Source of the DNA: Pecten maximus
Lineage: Eukaryota
Assembly: GCF_902652985.1 (NCBI RefSeq)
Contig: NC_047020.1
Location: 3,596,001-3,660,000 of the forward strand
Length of the DNA: 64,000 nt
Direction: 5' to 3'
Shown: positions 1-12,315 of the stretch, piece by piece
Position numbering within the stretch: the stretch's first letter is position 1
Layout of the letters: each line of letters begins with the position of its first letter
Program-made: the position numbers and the translations under genes
The notes under the pieces: generated by a model
Databases searched by the model: none
Seen by the model: the letters and a program-made list of their open reading frames with translations, nothing else
Told to the model about the DNA's origin: nothing

Positions 1-138
1 CTCGTGGTAGAATTTTTATGTTTTCTAATGTAAGTTTTATTGAGTTCAGCATGACAGCTATAGTGAGTGGCTGTAGGTACTAGATAGATTTGAAATTAAT
101 ATTACAAGTTAGAACTTCCCTAAGAATACTGAACTCAC

Positions 139-283
139 TCATGTCCGAGATGTAGACACATGTGGTCACTCAACTGCTGCGTCCAATGGCTGCTACACAG
201 AGGCTGGACCTGGTATGAGTATCGGACCCACAACTGACCAGTGGTCAAGCTCAGATTAGACTGGTCAGTAGTTGAAAGTGAAA
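139..283 (-). CDS. TTSP-like gene: first SRCR-domain exon (gene continues off the left edge)
   Basis: FSLSTTDQSNLSLTTGQLWVRYSYQVQPLCSSHWTQQLSDHMCLHLGH matches the C-x3-W-x8-C-x2-LG pattern of TTSP SRCR domains; CAG acceptor, GTGAGT donor, phase 1-2. Confidence 0.82.
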
Positions 284-374
284 CTGGAACAGCAGTTTGG
301 TAATCCATTTGTCAATACAAACATATAATGCACATCAAATGCCTAGAGAAATCACCTTTTACTTATCTTACCAC

Positions 375-790
375 CCTACAGAGGTCACCTATCTTGATAT
401 GTTGCCTCTCTATAGAGGTCACCTGTCTTGACAGGTAAATTCTCTATAGAGGTCACCCCTCTTGACAGGTAACCTCTCTATTCAGGTCATCCGTCTTGAG
501 ATGTAGCCTCTCTATAGAGGTCACCTGATCTGAGATGTAACCTCTCTATAGAGGTCACCCCTCTTGACAGGTTACCTCTCTATAGAGTTCATCTGACTTG
601 AGAGGTAACCTCTCTATAGAGGTCATCCGTTTTCAGATGTTACCTCTCTATAGAGGTCACCCCTCTTGACAGGTAACCTCTCTATAGAGGCCATCCATCT
701 TGAGATGTTACCTCTCTATGGAGGTCATCTGTCTTGAGAGGTACCCTCTCTATAGAGGTCACATGTCTAGAGAGGTAAACTGTCTACAGA
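375..790. repeat. Intronic tandem repeat, 34-bp unit (two 17-bp halves), ~12 diverged copies
   Basis: cctctctatagaggtcacccctcttgacaggtaa with 34-bp period (541, 575, 609); near-palindromic core acctctctatagaggt. Confidence 0.85.
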
Positions 791-1199
791 GAATTAATGT
801 GGACCACAATTCCTTACTTTGATAATTGACTGCCACTCATCCCAGAAAACTAGATTATATACATTGCTACACTAGATGTTGGGGATCTTTAGAAAAATTC
901 TAGGTCTTTAGAAAATTTGAACAGTTTTGACCACATAAATAAGGAAAGAAGTAAAAGTTATTTATTCCAACAGAATTTATAGCAATCCACTCTGGTAAAG
1001 GTAGAGACTGATGACAAGCATGGTTATGGTTCATTAGAAGACATTTTCAGATTGTGAGACATTCATCCCTCTGTGACCTTAAATATTGTCATGGTTATTG
1101 ATTGTTACTACTCTAGCTGTATAACCATTGTTATACTGTTACAGTATTGTGTACATTTTGTTGGTAATTGTTTATAATCCAGCCTGGAGTTTTACTCAC

Positions 1200-1310
1200 A
1201 ACAACCGAGTTCATCTTCACCTCCAGAACAGTCCGGGTGACCATCACAGACAGTATCAATGGCAACACATTGATAGTCAGGGCACACAAATTCTGTACTG
1301 TCGCACCGGT
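1200..1310 (-). CDS. TTSP-like gene: LDLa module 6 exon
   Basis: Manual translation DRCDSTEFVCPDYQCVAIDTVCDGHPDCSGGEDELGC; CAG acceptor, T|GTGAGT donor. Confidence 0.92.
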
Positions 1311-1430
1311 CTGTTACATGAATGAAAATGTTTACAATCTATATAATTATAGATACACGTTATATCAAAATTCTTAAAAAATCTATTTTTAAAACATTTT
1401 TTACAGTCCCTACAAACATAAACCACTTAC

Positions 1431-1541
1431 CACAGTTCTCCTCATCTGTCCCATTGCGACAATCCAGAACTCCATCACAAACCCATTCTCGTCGTATACA
1501 GGCGCCGTCCTGACAAGCTGTCTCTATCAGAGCTTCACACT
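1431..1541 (-). CDS. TTSP-like gene: LDLa module 5 exon
   Basis: [37 protein letters not shown]; CAG acceptor, G|GTAAGT donor. Confidence 0.92.
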
Positions 1542-1696
1542 CTGTCAACAAAAAGAATCGTTTCATCAACAAAAAGTTATTTATATTTTCAAAATTTGAC
1601 AATAAACATTGATATTGTATATATATCAAATAATCCAAGATTTTTAAAGAAAAATATAAACAAAGCAGGTGGGATTAATTTCAAGCCTGAATTATA

Positions 1697-3401
1697 TCAT
1701 CACTGAAGGTAAGATAGATTCTCCTGAGTAACTCACCACACTGTGTCATCACTGAAGGTAAGATAGATTCTCCCCAGTAACTCACCACACTGTGTCTCAT
1801 CACTGAAGGTAAGATAGATTCTCCCCAGTAACTCACCACACTGTGTCTCATCACTGAAGGTAAGATAGATTCTCCTGAGTAACTCACCACACTGTGTCAT
1901 CACTGAAGGTAAGATAGATTCTCCCCAGTAACTCACCACACTGTGTCTCATCACTGAAGGTAAGATAGATTCTCCTGAGTAACTCACCACACTGTGTCAT
2001 CACTGAAGGTAAGATAGATTCTCCCCAGTAACTCACCACACTGTGTCTCATCACTGAAGGTAAGATAGATTCTCCTGAGTAACTCACCACACTGTGTCTC
2101 ATCACTGAAGGTAAGATAGATTCTCCCCAGTAACTCACCACACTGTGTCATCACTGAAGGTAAGATAGATTCTCCCCAGTAACTCACCACACTGTGTCTC
2201 ATCACTGAAGGTAAGATAGATTCTCCCGAGTAACTCACCACACTGTGTCATCACTGAAGGTAAGATAGATTCTCCAGAGTAACTCATCACACTGTGTCAT
2301 CATTGAAGGTAAGATAGATTCTCCCCAGTAACTCACCACACTGTGTCTCATCACTGAAGGTAAGATAGATTCTCCCCAGTAACTCACCATACTGTCTCAT
2401 CACTGAAGGTAAGATAGATTCTCCCCAGTAACTCACCACACTGTCTCATCACTGAAGGTAAGATAGATTCTCCCCAGTAACTCACCACACTGTCTCATCA
2501 CTGAAGGTAAGATAGATTCTCCCCAGTAACTCACCACACTGTCTCATCACTGAAGGTAAGATAGATTCTCCCCAGTAACTCACCACACTGTCTCATCACT
2601 GAAGGTAAGATAGATTCTCCCGAGTAACTCACCACACTGTGTCTCATCACTGAAGGTAAGATAGATTCTCCTGAGTAACTCACCACACTGTGTCTCATCA
2701 CTGAAGGTAAGATAGATTCTCCCCAGTAACTCACCACACTGTGTCATCACTGAAGGTAAGATAGATTCTCCCCAGTAACTCACCACACTGTCTCATCACT
2801 GAAGGTAAGATAGATTCTCCTGAGTAACTCACCACACTGTGTCTCATCATTGAAGGTAAGATAGATTCTCCCCAGTAACTCACCACACTGTGTCTCATCA
2901 CTGAAGGTAAGATAGATTCTCCCCAGTAACTCACCACACTGTGTCTCATCACTGAAGGTAAGATAGATTCTCCTGAGTAACTCACCACACTGTGTCATCA
3001 CTGAAGGTAATATAGATTCTCCCCAGTAACTCACCACACTGTCTCATCACTGAAGGTAAGATAGATTCTCCCCAGTAACTCACCACACTGTGTCATCACT
3101 GAAGGTAAGATAGATTCTCCCCATTAACTCACCACAGTGTATGTCATCACTGAAGGTAAGATAGATTCTCCCCAGTAACTCACCACACTGTCTCATCACT
3201 GAAGGTAAGATAGATTCTCCCCAGTAACTCACCACACTGTCTCATCACTGAAGGTAAGATAGATTCTCCCCAGTAACTCACCACACTGTGTCTCATCACT
3301 GAAGGTAAGATAGATTCTCCCCAGTAACTCACCACACTGTGTCATCACTGAAGGTAAGATAGATTCTCCTGAGTGACTCACCACACTGTGTCTCATCACT
3401 G
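1697..3401. repeat. Intronic minisatellite, 51/49-bp unit, ~34 copies, derived from the LDLa4 exon end plus its splice donor
   Basis: Unit catcactgaaggtaagatagattctccccagtaactcaccacactgtgtct; the array overlaps the last 20 nt of exon 3382-3489. Confidence 0.97.
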
Positions 3402-3489
3402 TTGTCGTAGCAGTCGTCCACACCATCACACCAAGCAGACGACTGGATGAAGATTCCATTACTGCATCGCTTGTATCCTGGTCTGAAGG
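3382..3489 (-). CDS. TTSP-like gene: LDLa module 4 exon (4-Cys variant)
   Basis: Manual translation PFRPGYKRCSNGIFIQSSAWCDGVDDCYDNSDETQC; CAG acceptor, G|GTGAGT donor, phase 1-1. Confidence 0.9.
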
Positions 3490-3777
3490 CTGATAATAAC
3501 AGAAAAACATCAGCTTTATCAAGAGAAACTAAAAAATGTAAAATCTTAATTGACAGTCAATTATTAACAATCTTAATTCACTCGTATAAAAATGAAATAG
3601 TTGACATTACCATATTAATTCTCAAATAAGCTCCCTCCCCTAGATTTAATGTTTCGTATCAAAGTTTGGGTAGGGCTAATATATGTAAACCACTTTTAGA
3701 TTACTATTTTAAAATTGATGATTCTGCAAAAATAAAGAAAGGGGTTATTTGTGGATAAATATGGTATGAATATTTAC

Positions 3778-3882
3778 GGCATCCCAGTTCATCACTAAGG
3801 TCCTCACAGTCGACCACCTGGTTACAGCGACTGGAGTGTGTCCACAGACATAGACCTGAATCACACTGGAACCCAGCACAAC
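3778..3882 (-). CDS. TTSP-like gene: LDLa module 3 exon
   Basis: [35 protein letters not shown]; AG/GT boundaries, phase 1-1. Confidence 0.92.
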
Positions 3883-4097
3883 CTGTAACAAACACATTAC
3901 TTTATAACAACAGTAATTAGGACTAATCATATCTGATATATGTGCTATGTCTGGAGAGGTTCGGGAGGCCGAGACGATATATTTTCTAACACTATGTTTG
4001 CTACGTTCTTGGACAAGACTTTTTGTTTCAATTTCTGTGGAGAGTATGCAGCATATTGTGTTTACAGATGTAGTCACTATCCTCTACAAGGATACCT

Positions 4098-4270
4098 CCA
4101 TCCCCTCACCCCCTACCCCCATCACCCCCCCCCCCCCCCCCCCTCCACTCACCCCCTCCCCTCACCTTCATCCCCTCACCCCCTACCCCTCACCCCCATC
4201 CCTCACCCTCACCCCCATCCCTTCAACCCGATCCCCCCCATCCCCTCATCCCACACCAATCCCTTTCACA
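4098..4270. repeat. C-rich low-complexity tract
   Basis: Runs of cccc(t/a) and a poly-C stretch. Confidence 0.8.
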
Positions 4271-4428
4271 GTCCCTCATTCAAAATTACCCAGGCTGTAA
4301 TTAACAGTAAGATTACAAGAATAGACCAGTATTAAACAGAAACCTTTTAGCTCTCATTTCATGAGTCAGGTTCCATTTGACAATGTAAACATGTGTTTAA
4401 CTGGAAATTTATTTGTATCCATGGTTAC

Positions 4429-4539
4429 CTGAACAGTTGAATTCATCAGTCTTGTCCCTACACTGAGGATGTCTGTCACACCTGGCCAAACTGGACACAC
4501 ACTGACCACTTCTACACTTGAACTGACCATTCCCACAGC
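4429..4539 (-). CDS. TTSP-like gene: LDLa module 2 exon
   Basis: Manual translation SCGNGQFKCRSGQCVSSLARCDRHPQCRDKTDEFNCS; AG/GT boundaries, phase 1-1; not in the ORF track. Confidence 0.92.
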
Positions 4540-4719
4540 CTAATAAAAACACCAGTTTTTAAACATTTAATGGACAGGTTTCATCATTGTGATATAGATT
4601 GAAGGGATGTATTCTAATCAATGGAGTACGACAATAGTCAAAATCCATGAGAAAAAATCTTCAATCTTTAACAACACTTTACAAATACAAAGACATTGAC
4701 ACTTGCTGATGAAGTGAAT

Positions 4720-4800
4720 AACAGACAAGAAGCCCAATGGGCCTGTATCTCTCACCTGCTACTAATGCAAATTTAAAGTTGATCTATGTCATTTATATGC
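4720..4800 (+). mobile_element. Possible 5' fragment of a Helentron/HINE-like non-autonomous element
   Basis: Starts acaagaagcccaatgggcctgtatctctcacctg: small gccc..gggc hairpin plus ctcacctg, resembling bivalve HINE ends as I recall them. No 3' end found. Confidence 0.35.
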
Positions 4801-5108
4801 TGCTTAGCTGAATACCTCTTCATACCAATGAGGGTAGACTAAATGTATTCACTTTAACAAACTTTAAACCTTTCAGACCAGCGTATTCCTCGCCAATATC
4901 ATGAACCCATTGCAGCTCCTTTGTTTATTTAGATAAAAAAACAACTAAATATTAAAACTCTAATGCGCTTACAAAGGAGTTTACTAATGCCTTTCAACGC
5001 TTGCACCAAAAGCTTGACATTTGGAAATCAAAGCTCTTCGAGAGATGAGCTTTAACGGTGTGCTGTCTACACCCGCCTCCGATATATTAAGGTTAACACT
5101 ATACATAC

Positions 5109-5225
5109 TGCAGTCCTTGGCTTCATCACTGGCGTCCGGACAGTTGACCACTCCGTCACAGAACTTACTGGCTAGCAGGCAAGTGCCGTCCTCACAAGGT
5201 GCTTTGTCAGCAGGACATCCGTTAT
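5109..5225 (-). CDS. TTSP-like gene: LDLa module 1 exon
   Basis: DNGCPADKAPCEDGTCLLASKFCDGVVNCPDASDEAKDC; six Cys and SDE motif; AG/GT boundaries, phase 1-1. Confidence 0.92.
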
Positions 5226-5379
5226 CTAGGGAAAATGTACACTCCAAAAGTTAAACTTTAATATCTACTGGAATCTACTGCTCATACATTACTTGAAATG
5301 ATAATGAGATCACTGTCGGATTACAGTAGTCCTTTACAAGTACAAGATTGATAACTTTAACAACTACATAAATACTTAC

Positions 5380-7368
5380 CTATGGTGGTGGTGGGTTCAG
5401 TGATGGTTGTGATCTTGGCTGCGGTGCTGGGTGAGGTGGCTGTGGGTTCAGTAGTGGTTGTGATCTTGGCTGCGGTGCTGGTTGAGGTGGTTGAGGTGGT
5501 TGCGGGTTCAGTAGTGGTTGTGATCTTGGCTGAGGTGCTGGTTGAGGTGGTGGTGGGTTCAATGGTGGTTGTGATCTTGGCTGCGGTGCTGGGTGAAGTG
5601 GTTGTGGGTTCAATGATGGTTGTGATCTTGGCTGCGGTGCTGAGTGAGGTGGTTGTGGGTTCAGTAGTGGTTGTGATCTTGGCTGAGGTGGTGGTGGGTT
5701 CAATGGTGGTTGTGATCTTGGCCCTGGTGCTGGGTGAGGTGGTTGTGGGTTCAGTAGTGGTTGTGATCTTGGCTGAGGTGCTGGGTGAGGTGGTTGTGGG
5801 TTCAGTAGTGGTTGTAATCTTGGCTGAGGTGCTGGGTGAGGTGGTGGTGGGTTCAGTGGTGGTTGTGATCTTGGCTGAGGTGCTGGGTGAGGTGGTAGAT
5901 GTGGTGGCTGTTGGTGCAGTAGTGGTTTTGGTGCTGGCTGAGGTGCTGGTTGAGGTGCTGGCCACTGTGCTGTTTATGACAGTGGTTGTAGACCCTGATG
6001 TTTCACTAGTGTATAAAGGAGTTGTCTTCTCCAAAGGGAGGGTATGATATACAGATGACTGGGGTTGTATGGTACCCTGCCCCTCAGTTCTACCTACCAA
6101 GGCAGACGACACAGAGGTGGGGGTGGGAACAATGGCAGGAATTGGGTGGGTAGACACTAGTACAATGGGGGTGGTTGTTACCGAGGACTGCAAAGGTGTT
6201 TGTGGGTAGGAGACCAAGGACATGGACATTTGTGAGGTAGGTAAAGGAGTTGTAGGGACTGTCTCCTGTACCAAGGAGGAGGAAGACATCAAAGGCCGAC
6301 TGGAGTTCATTATAGAACTCGACATAGAGATGGAAACATCATGTAATAATGATTCTGAAACATCAGCCAAGGTGTCGTCTATTTTCTGAGACGGAGAAAG
6401 ACTACCTGATGAGGAGGACAAGACAAACTTGGCAGATGTTTGTGACATGTGTGTTGTAAATGAGGAAATAAAATGATCTGATATAGAAGAGGTGGCATCT
6501 TCTGAAGTATGTGGGGGACCTACAGAACTTTCTAATGATGTTGTTGATTGGGAAGACACATGATGTTGAGATACCGTTGACTCGGAGAAGGAGTGATTTG
6601 TTGACTCGGAGAAGGAGTGATTTGTTGACTCGGAGAAGGAGTGATTTGTTGACTCTTGAGTGGAGTAAACAAGTGACCTCACTTCTGACCTTAAAAATGA
6701 GGTCATATCACTGGCAATTATTGTGGTCTGATGGAGGCTTGATGGTAGAGGTTCCATAGATGTCATCTCCATGGAGGAAGTTGAAGACATATCTAGCTCG
6801 TCAACTGATGATGAGGAGGAGGATGAGACGTGGTGTGAGGACATCATTGGATCTGTTACCATGGTTACAAAAACAGATACTTCAGATGGAAACAAAGATG
6901 TTGAAGTTGGGTTAAATACAGATGACTGCAGGGCAGGTGTCAAGTGTTGGGTATCCTCTACAATCGGGGAAGGTTTGGTGTCTAAACTTAATGATATGGG
7001 ATTGGTGGCATAAGTCATACTAGTGGAATAGACAGATGATCCAAATGACGATCTTAATGATGATCCTAATGATGACCCTAATGATGATCCTAATGATGAT
7101 TCAGATGATGATTCAGATGATGATCCTAATGATGATTCTGTTGAGGAAGAAGTTGCAGATTGTTGTGGTATAATCAGTGAACTTCTGCTATGGTAAGTAT
7201 CTGTACTGACAGAGACAGAGGTTGTTGCACCCGATGACCCAAAACTACCCAGAAAACTAGCTGTACTCTGTGACCCTTGTGCACTAAATGACCCCAGCCT
7301 TGTCATGCCTACATAATGAGTTGTTGAGTTTTCCAGTAGGGCTGCAGCTTTCACTTGTTGTCTGGTGT
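5380..7368 (-). CDS. TTSP-like gene: ~660-aa Ser/Thr/Pro-rich mucin-like stalk exon
   Basis: Lies within ORF 5357-7411. CAG acceptor at 7371-7369 and G|GTAAGT donor at 5379; phase 1-1, joining in frame to both flanking exons. Confidence 0.85.
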
Positions 7369-7585
7369 CTGTAATACAGCAGAAAACTCTGTTAATAAAA
7401 CATTTCTTCAAATCGTAACAAAATTCAATGCCTCAATTATATTTTTTACATCTCCTATAAAGAGTTGCCTGCTTTTATTTCTTTATTTATTTTAAGTATT
7501 TTTTTTCAACAAACTACACGAAGCACACAGACATTATTTGTGAGATCCTTTTCCTCTATAATGAGATCCTGACTGAATAACGTAC

Positions 7586-7811
7586 CATTTTCTGCTGTGA
7601 GCAGGACAGCAGTTACCACTGCGACCATCACCACTGTTAGGACGAGGCACACTACGCCTAATACCAACACACGCCTTGTCACTGCACGGAACTTCTGACT
7701 TCGCGGATCATCAAAATCAAATTGTTCTATGGCCATGGTCACAGGTGAACTTCCTCTGTTCTGAGTGGTAATTCTGTAACTTCCTGGTTCAGGCCTCAAC
7801 CCATCGTGATT
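7586..7811 (-). CDS. TTSP-like gene: exon with cytoplasmic tail and type II signal-anchor TM helix
   Basis: TAG acceptor at 7814-7812, G|GTACG donor at 7585. Translates NHDGLRPEPG...RAVTRRVLVLGVVCLVLTVVMVAVVTAVLLTAEN (basic residues then ~23 hydrophobic residues). True start (upstream exon, or internal Met of MAIEQF) not resolved. Confidence 0.8.
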
Positions 7812-8000
7812 CTATACACTGCCATGAAGATAAATTAAAAACACATGCTATATATTCGATTTAAATACATGTTCGATACAACTTTGATCAATTTGAAGCC
7901 TTGTCATAGTTCCTAAATTGGGTACATGTAATTTGAATATAAAAATAAAATCAAAAGCAATTTCAAATTTAAACTTTACAGTAACTCATCAATTTGGTGA

Positions 8001-8899
8001 TAACTGTTGTAAACTAATACAGGTAAATAAACTGTAGTAAACTAATACAGGTAAATAAACTGTAGTAAACTAATACAGGTAAATAAAATGTAGTAACCTA
8101 ATACAGCTAAATAAACTGTAGTAAACTAATACAGCTAAATAAACGGTAGTAAACTAATACAGCTAAATAAACGGTAGTAAACTAATACAGCTAAATAAAC
8201 GGTAGTAAACTAATACAGGTAAATAATCTGTAGTAAACTAATACAGGTAAATAATCTGTAGTAAACTAATACAGGTAAATAAAATGTAGTAAACTAATAC
8301 AGGTAAATAAACTGTAGTAAACTAATACAGGTAAATAAACTGTAGTAAACTAATACAGGTAAATAAACTGTAGTAAACTAATACAGGTAAATAAACTGTA
8401 GTAAACTAACTGTAGTAAACTAATACAGGAAAATAAACTGTTGTAAACTAATACAGGTAAATAAACTGTAGTAAACTAATAAAGGTAAATAAACTGTAGT
8501 AAACTAATACAGGTAAATAAACTGTTGTAAAACTAATACAGGTAAATAAACTGTAGTAAACTAATACAGGTAAATAAACTGTCGTAAACTAATACAGGTA
8601 AATAAACTGTAGTAAACTAATACAGGTAAATAAACTGTAGTAAACTAATACAGGTTAATAAACTGTCGTAAACTAATACAGGTAAATAAACTGTAGTACC
8701 AGGTAAACTAATACAGGTAAATAAACTGTAGTAAAACTAATACAGGTAAATAAACTGTAGTAAACTAATACAGGTAAATAAACTGTAGTAAACTAATACA
8801 GGTAAATAAACTGTAGTAAACTAATACAGGTAAATAAACTGTAGTACCAGGTAAACTAATACAGGTTATCAAACTGTTGTAAAACTAATACAGGTAAAG
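8001..8899. repeat. Minisatellite, 28-bp unit, ~32 copies
   Basis: aaactgtagtaaactaatacaggtaaat. Confidence 0.95.
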
Positions 8900-10359
8900 A
8901 ATCTACGAATCTGTCTTTTACACTTGTAAGCTTACATATGTTATAAAAAATAATATTTTGAATATTAACCAATATAGCTTTAATTATAGTCTCATTGATA
9001 AGGTAATTATACTGAATTTTATTTACATTTCCCCTTTTTATAATGCTAATCATTTTACTTTGTAAATTAAATAGTCGTCGATAATAACAATGAAAATTCT
9101 ATCTTTTCCTTTTTTTTACGATCGTACTGGCTATATAGGTTATCTCCCCTAACAAGCAGACAGTTTACAGCAGTGCTCCTACAGGTGTGGTCCGGTATCA
9201 GGGGGTTTCACACCCGTGTAGATAAAGTGTCACAACCTGTGTGTAGTTACTACTGGAGGTATCAGGAGGCCTGTATCGTATTTTACATACACGCCATGTC
9301 ACGGAGTCTATATGTTACAGAACGAAACCCGATAAAAAAATAACGTTTCCGTATAATGTTGCAGTTACATTACGTATACTACCCCAAAGCTGTGCATGTC
9401 TTCATGTACTGTTGGTAGATATAGCCAGACATGGAATTAGAGTTTGTCCTCGATATATACAACAGACATACCGTACATAAACTTGTAAACTTGTTGAAGT
9501 CGTTCTGTACAGTCCCATTAATACTCCCATCAACCTGTCCGGCACATCTTCAGTGATTGTCTCCCCTTGGTATGCTTTACCTCACTGATTTTCACCTGTT
9601 TGGCAGACACAGGTATGTCAACAATGACTAGAACGGTGGTCATCTTATCTCGAGAAGCCACTTTCCCGAGATTAACTCTGATCTCACTGATTTGTCAAAC
9701 TTCCAGTTGCTCCTAACATTGAAACTATGTTGCTATATACGAATAGTTGGCCTATCCCATTCCCACGTATTGCAATTATACCAGTCATAAGGTAAAAATA
9801 TTTTGATATTGTACGCGGCCATCAAATAACTTACCATTCAAGTCGTAAATCAGAATTTCTTCTTAAATATGTCTGTCTATACTGTGCTATCAGAAATGGC
9901 AACACTTAGTTACATAGGGCGATTTATCACGATCGCTAGTTTCTCTTTACACGAATATAATTTATGATACTAGAAGACTCATCTAATAGCAAGCTTTGAC
10001 CTTACATAAAATCACTCCCTCACTCCCAACACTGTAAATCTGATAATTTTTGCGTACATGTAGTTATCTTCGCGGTTACTAACGTAGCACGTGTAATATA
10101 CAAAAGTATATGTTATCGATAGAACGAATACAACATCGCATGCGCAGTTACCAGTATTGATTGATTGATTGATGGGGCTTAACGTCCTTGTTCCGCCAAA
10201 TGATCTACTATGGGAGGGACAGACGATTACTAAGTATCTCTATGTCTTAATATATATATATATATTGAATTAGGACTAGTACCAGTAGAGGTTTTCTTTT
10301 TTATACACAATGGACCCGGGCTACAACTTCGTGTGTTTACCGATCTGTTATTATTGTAT

Positions 10360-10767
10360 CAAAATGTTGGTTATATCAGTGTTTGTTATAAACATTGACT
10401 TGTATCCAGTGGTTGTCCTATAAAATGTTGGTTATATCAATGTTTGTTATAAACATTGACTTGTATCCAGTGGTTGTCCTATAAAATGTTGGTTATATCA
10501 GTGTTTGTTATAAACATTGACTTGTACCCAGTGGTTGTCCTATAAAATGTTGGTTATATCAGTGTTTGTTATAAACATTGACTTGTACCCAGTGGTTGTC
10601 CTATAAAATGTTGGTTATATCGGTGTTTGTTATAAACATTGACTTGTACCCAGTGGTCGTCCTATAAAATGTTGGTTATATCAGTGTTTGTTATAAAAAT
10701 TGACTTGTATCCAGTGGTCCTCCTATAAAATGTTGGTTATATCAATGTTTGTTATAAACATTGACTT
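10360..10767. repeat. Minisatellite, 61-bp unit, ~7 copies
   Basis: ataaaatgttggttatatcagtgtttgttataaacattgacttgtatccagtggttgtcct. Confidence 0.95.
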
Positions 10768-11052
10768 TTTTAAATCTATATCTTAGAGACAAAGCTATTG
10801 TGTAAATGTAGAACATTTTTATTTTCTTACTCTGTTTATGGTCCATCAGCTAGGATCACTGGGAGTAGCTTGTAGTAGCTTGTGGCTACCTCACCTCATT
10901 CAATAACATGTAGAAGGTATGAACAGAGGCTCAGACTTGGATATACAGACCATGTCATGCCTTCTATAGTTCTCTAAAATAATCCTTTATAGCAATAATT
11001 GTGTATCATCCGTTGACACACTATATAGATAAGTTAAATAAGTGATCTCCAT

Positions 11053-12315
11053 TCTTTAATTGGATGGAGATGACTGAGAGACATCTTTAGTTGGTTGGAG
11101 ATGCCAGAGAGACATCTTTAATTGGATGGAGATGACTGACATCTTTAATTGGTTGGAGATGCCAGAGAGACATCTTTAATTGGATGGAGATGACTGGCAT
11201 CTTTAATTGGTTGGAGATGACTGAGAGACATCTTTAATTGGTTGGAGATGCCAGAGAGACATCTTTAATTGGTTGGAGATGACTGAGAGACATCTTTAAT
11301 TGGTTGGAGATGCCAGAGAGACATCTTTAATTGGATGGAGATGACTGAGAGACATCTTTAATTGGATGGAGATGCCTGAGAGACATCTTTAATTGGATGG
11401 AGATGCCTGAGAGACATCTTTAATTGGATGGAGATGACTGAGAGACATCTTTAATTGGATGGAGATGCCTGAGAGACATCTTTAATTGGATGGAGATGAC
11501 TGAGAGACATCTTTAATTGGTTGGAGATGCCAGAGAGACATCTTAATTGGATGGAGATGACTGAGAGATATCTTTAATTGGTTGGAGATGACTGAGAGAC
11601 ATCTTTAATTGGTTGGAGATGCCAGAGAGACATCTTTAATTGGTTGGAGATGCCAGAGAGACATCATTAATTGGTTGGAGATGCCAGAGAGACATCTTTC
11701 ATTGGTTGGAGATGCCAGAGAGACATCTTTCATTGGATGGAGATGCCTGAGAGACATCTTTAATTGGTTGGAGATGCCAGAGAGACATCTTTCATTGGAT
11801 GGAGATGCCTGAGAGACATCTTTAATTGGTTGGAGATGCCTGAGAGACATCTTTAATTGGTTGGAGATGCCTGAGAGACATCTTTAATTGGATGGAGATA
11901 ACTGAGAGACATCTTTAATTGGTTGGAGATGCCAGAGAGACATCTTTAATTGGATGGAGATGACTGAGAGACATATTTAATTGGTTGTAGATGACTGAGA
12001 GACATCTTTAATTGGATGGAGATGCCAGAGAGACATCTTTAATTGGTTGGAGATGACTGAGAGACATCTTTAATTGGATGGAGATGCCAGAGAGACACCT
12101 TAAATTGGTTGGAGATGACTGAGAGACATCTTTAATTGGTTGGAGATGCCTGAGAGACATCTTTAATTGGATGGAGATGACTGAGAGACATCTTTAATTG
12201 GTTGGAGATGACTGAGAGACATCTTTAATTGGTTGGAGATGCCAGAGAGACATCTTTAATTGGTTGGAGATGACTGAGAGACATCTTTAATTGGTTGGAT
12301 ATGACTGAGAGACAT
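11053..12315. repeat. Minisatellite, 31-bp unit, ~40 copies
   Basis: tctttaattggttggagatg(act/cca)gagagaca. Confidence 0.95.

Noticed and set aside
5380-6047. Val-rich 221-aa plus-strand ORF and Pro/Gln-rich alternative minus-strand frame
   Set aside because: Shadow frames of the Thr-rich mucin exon.
9285-9645. Candidate first coding exon of the TTSP-like gene
   Set aside because: Several ATG/donor combinations exist (donors near 9290 and 9470), but none could be chosen confidently to give a phase-0 join to 7811.
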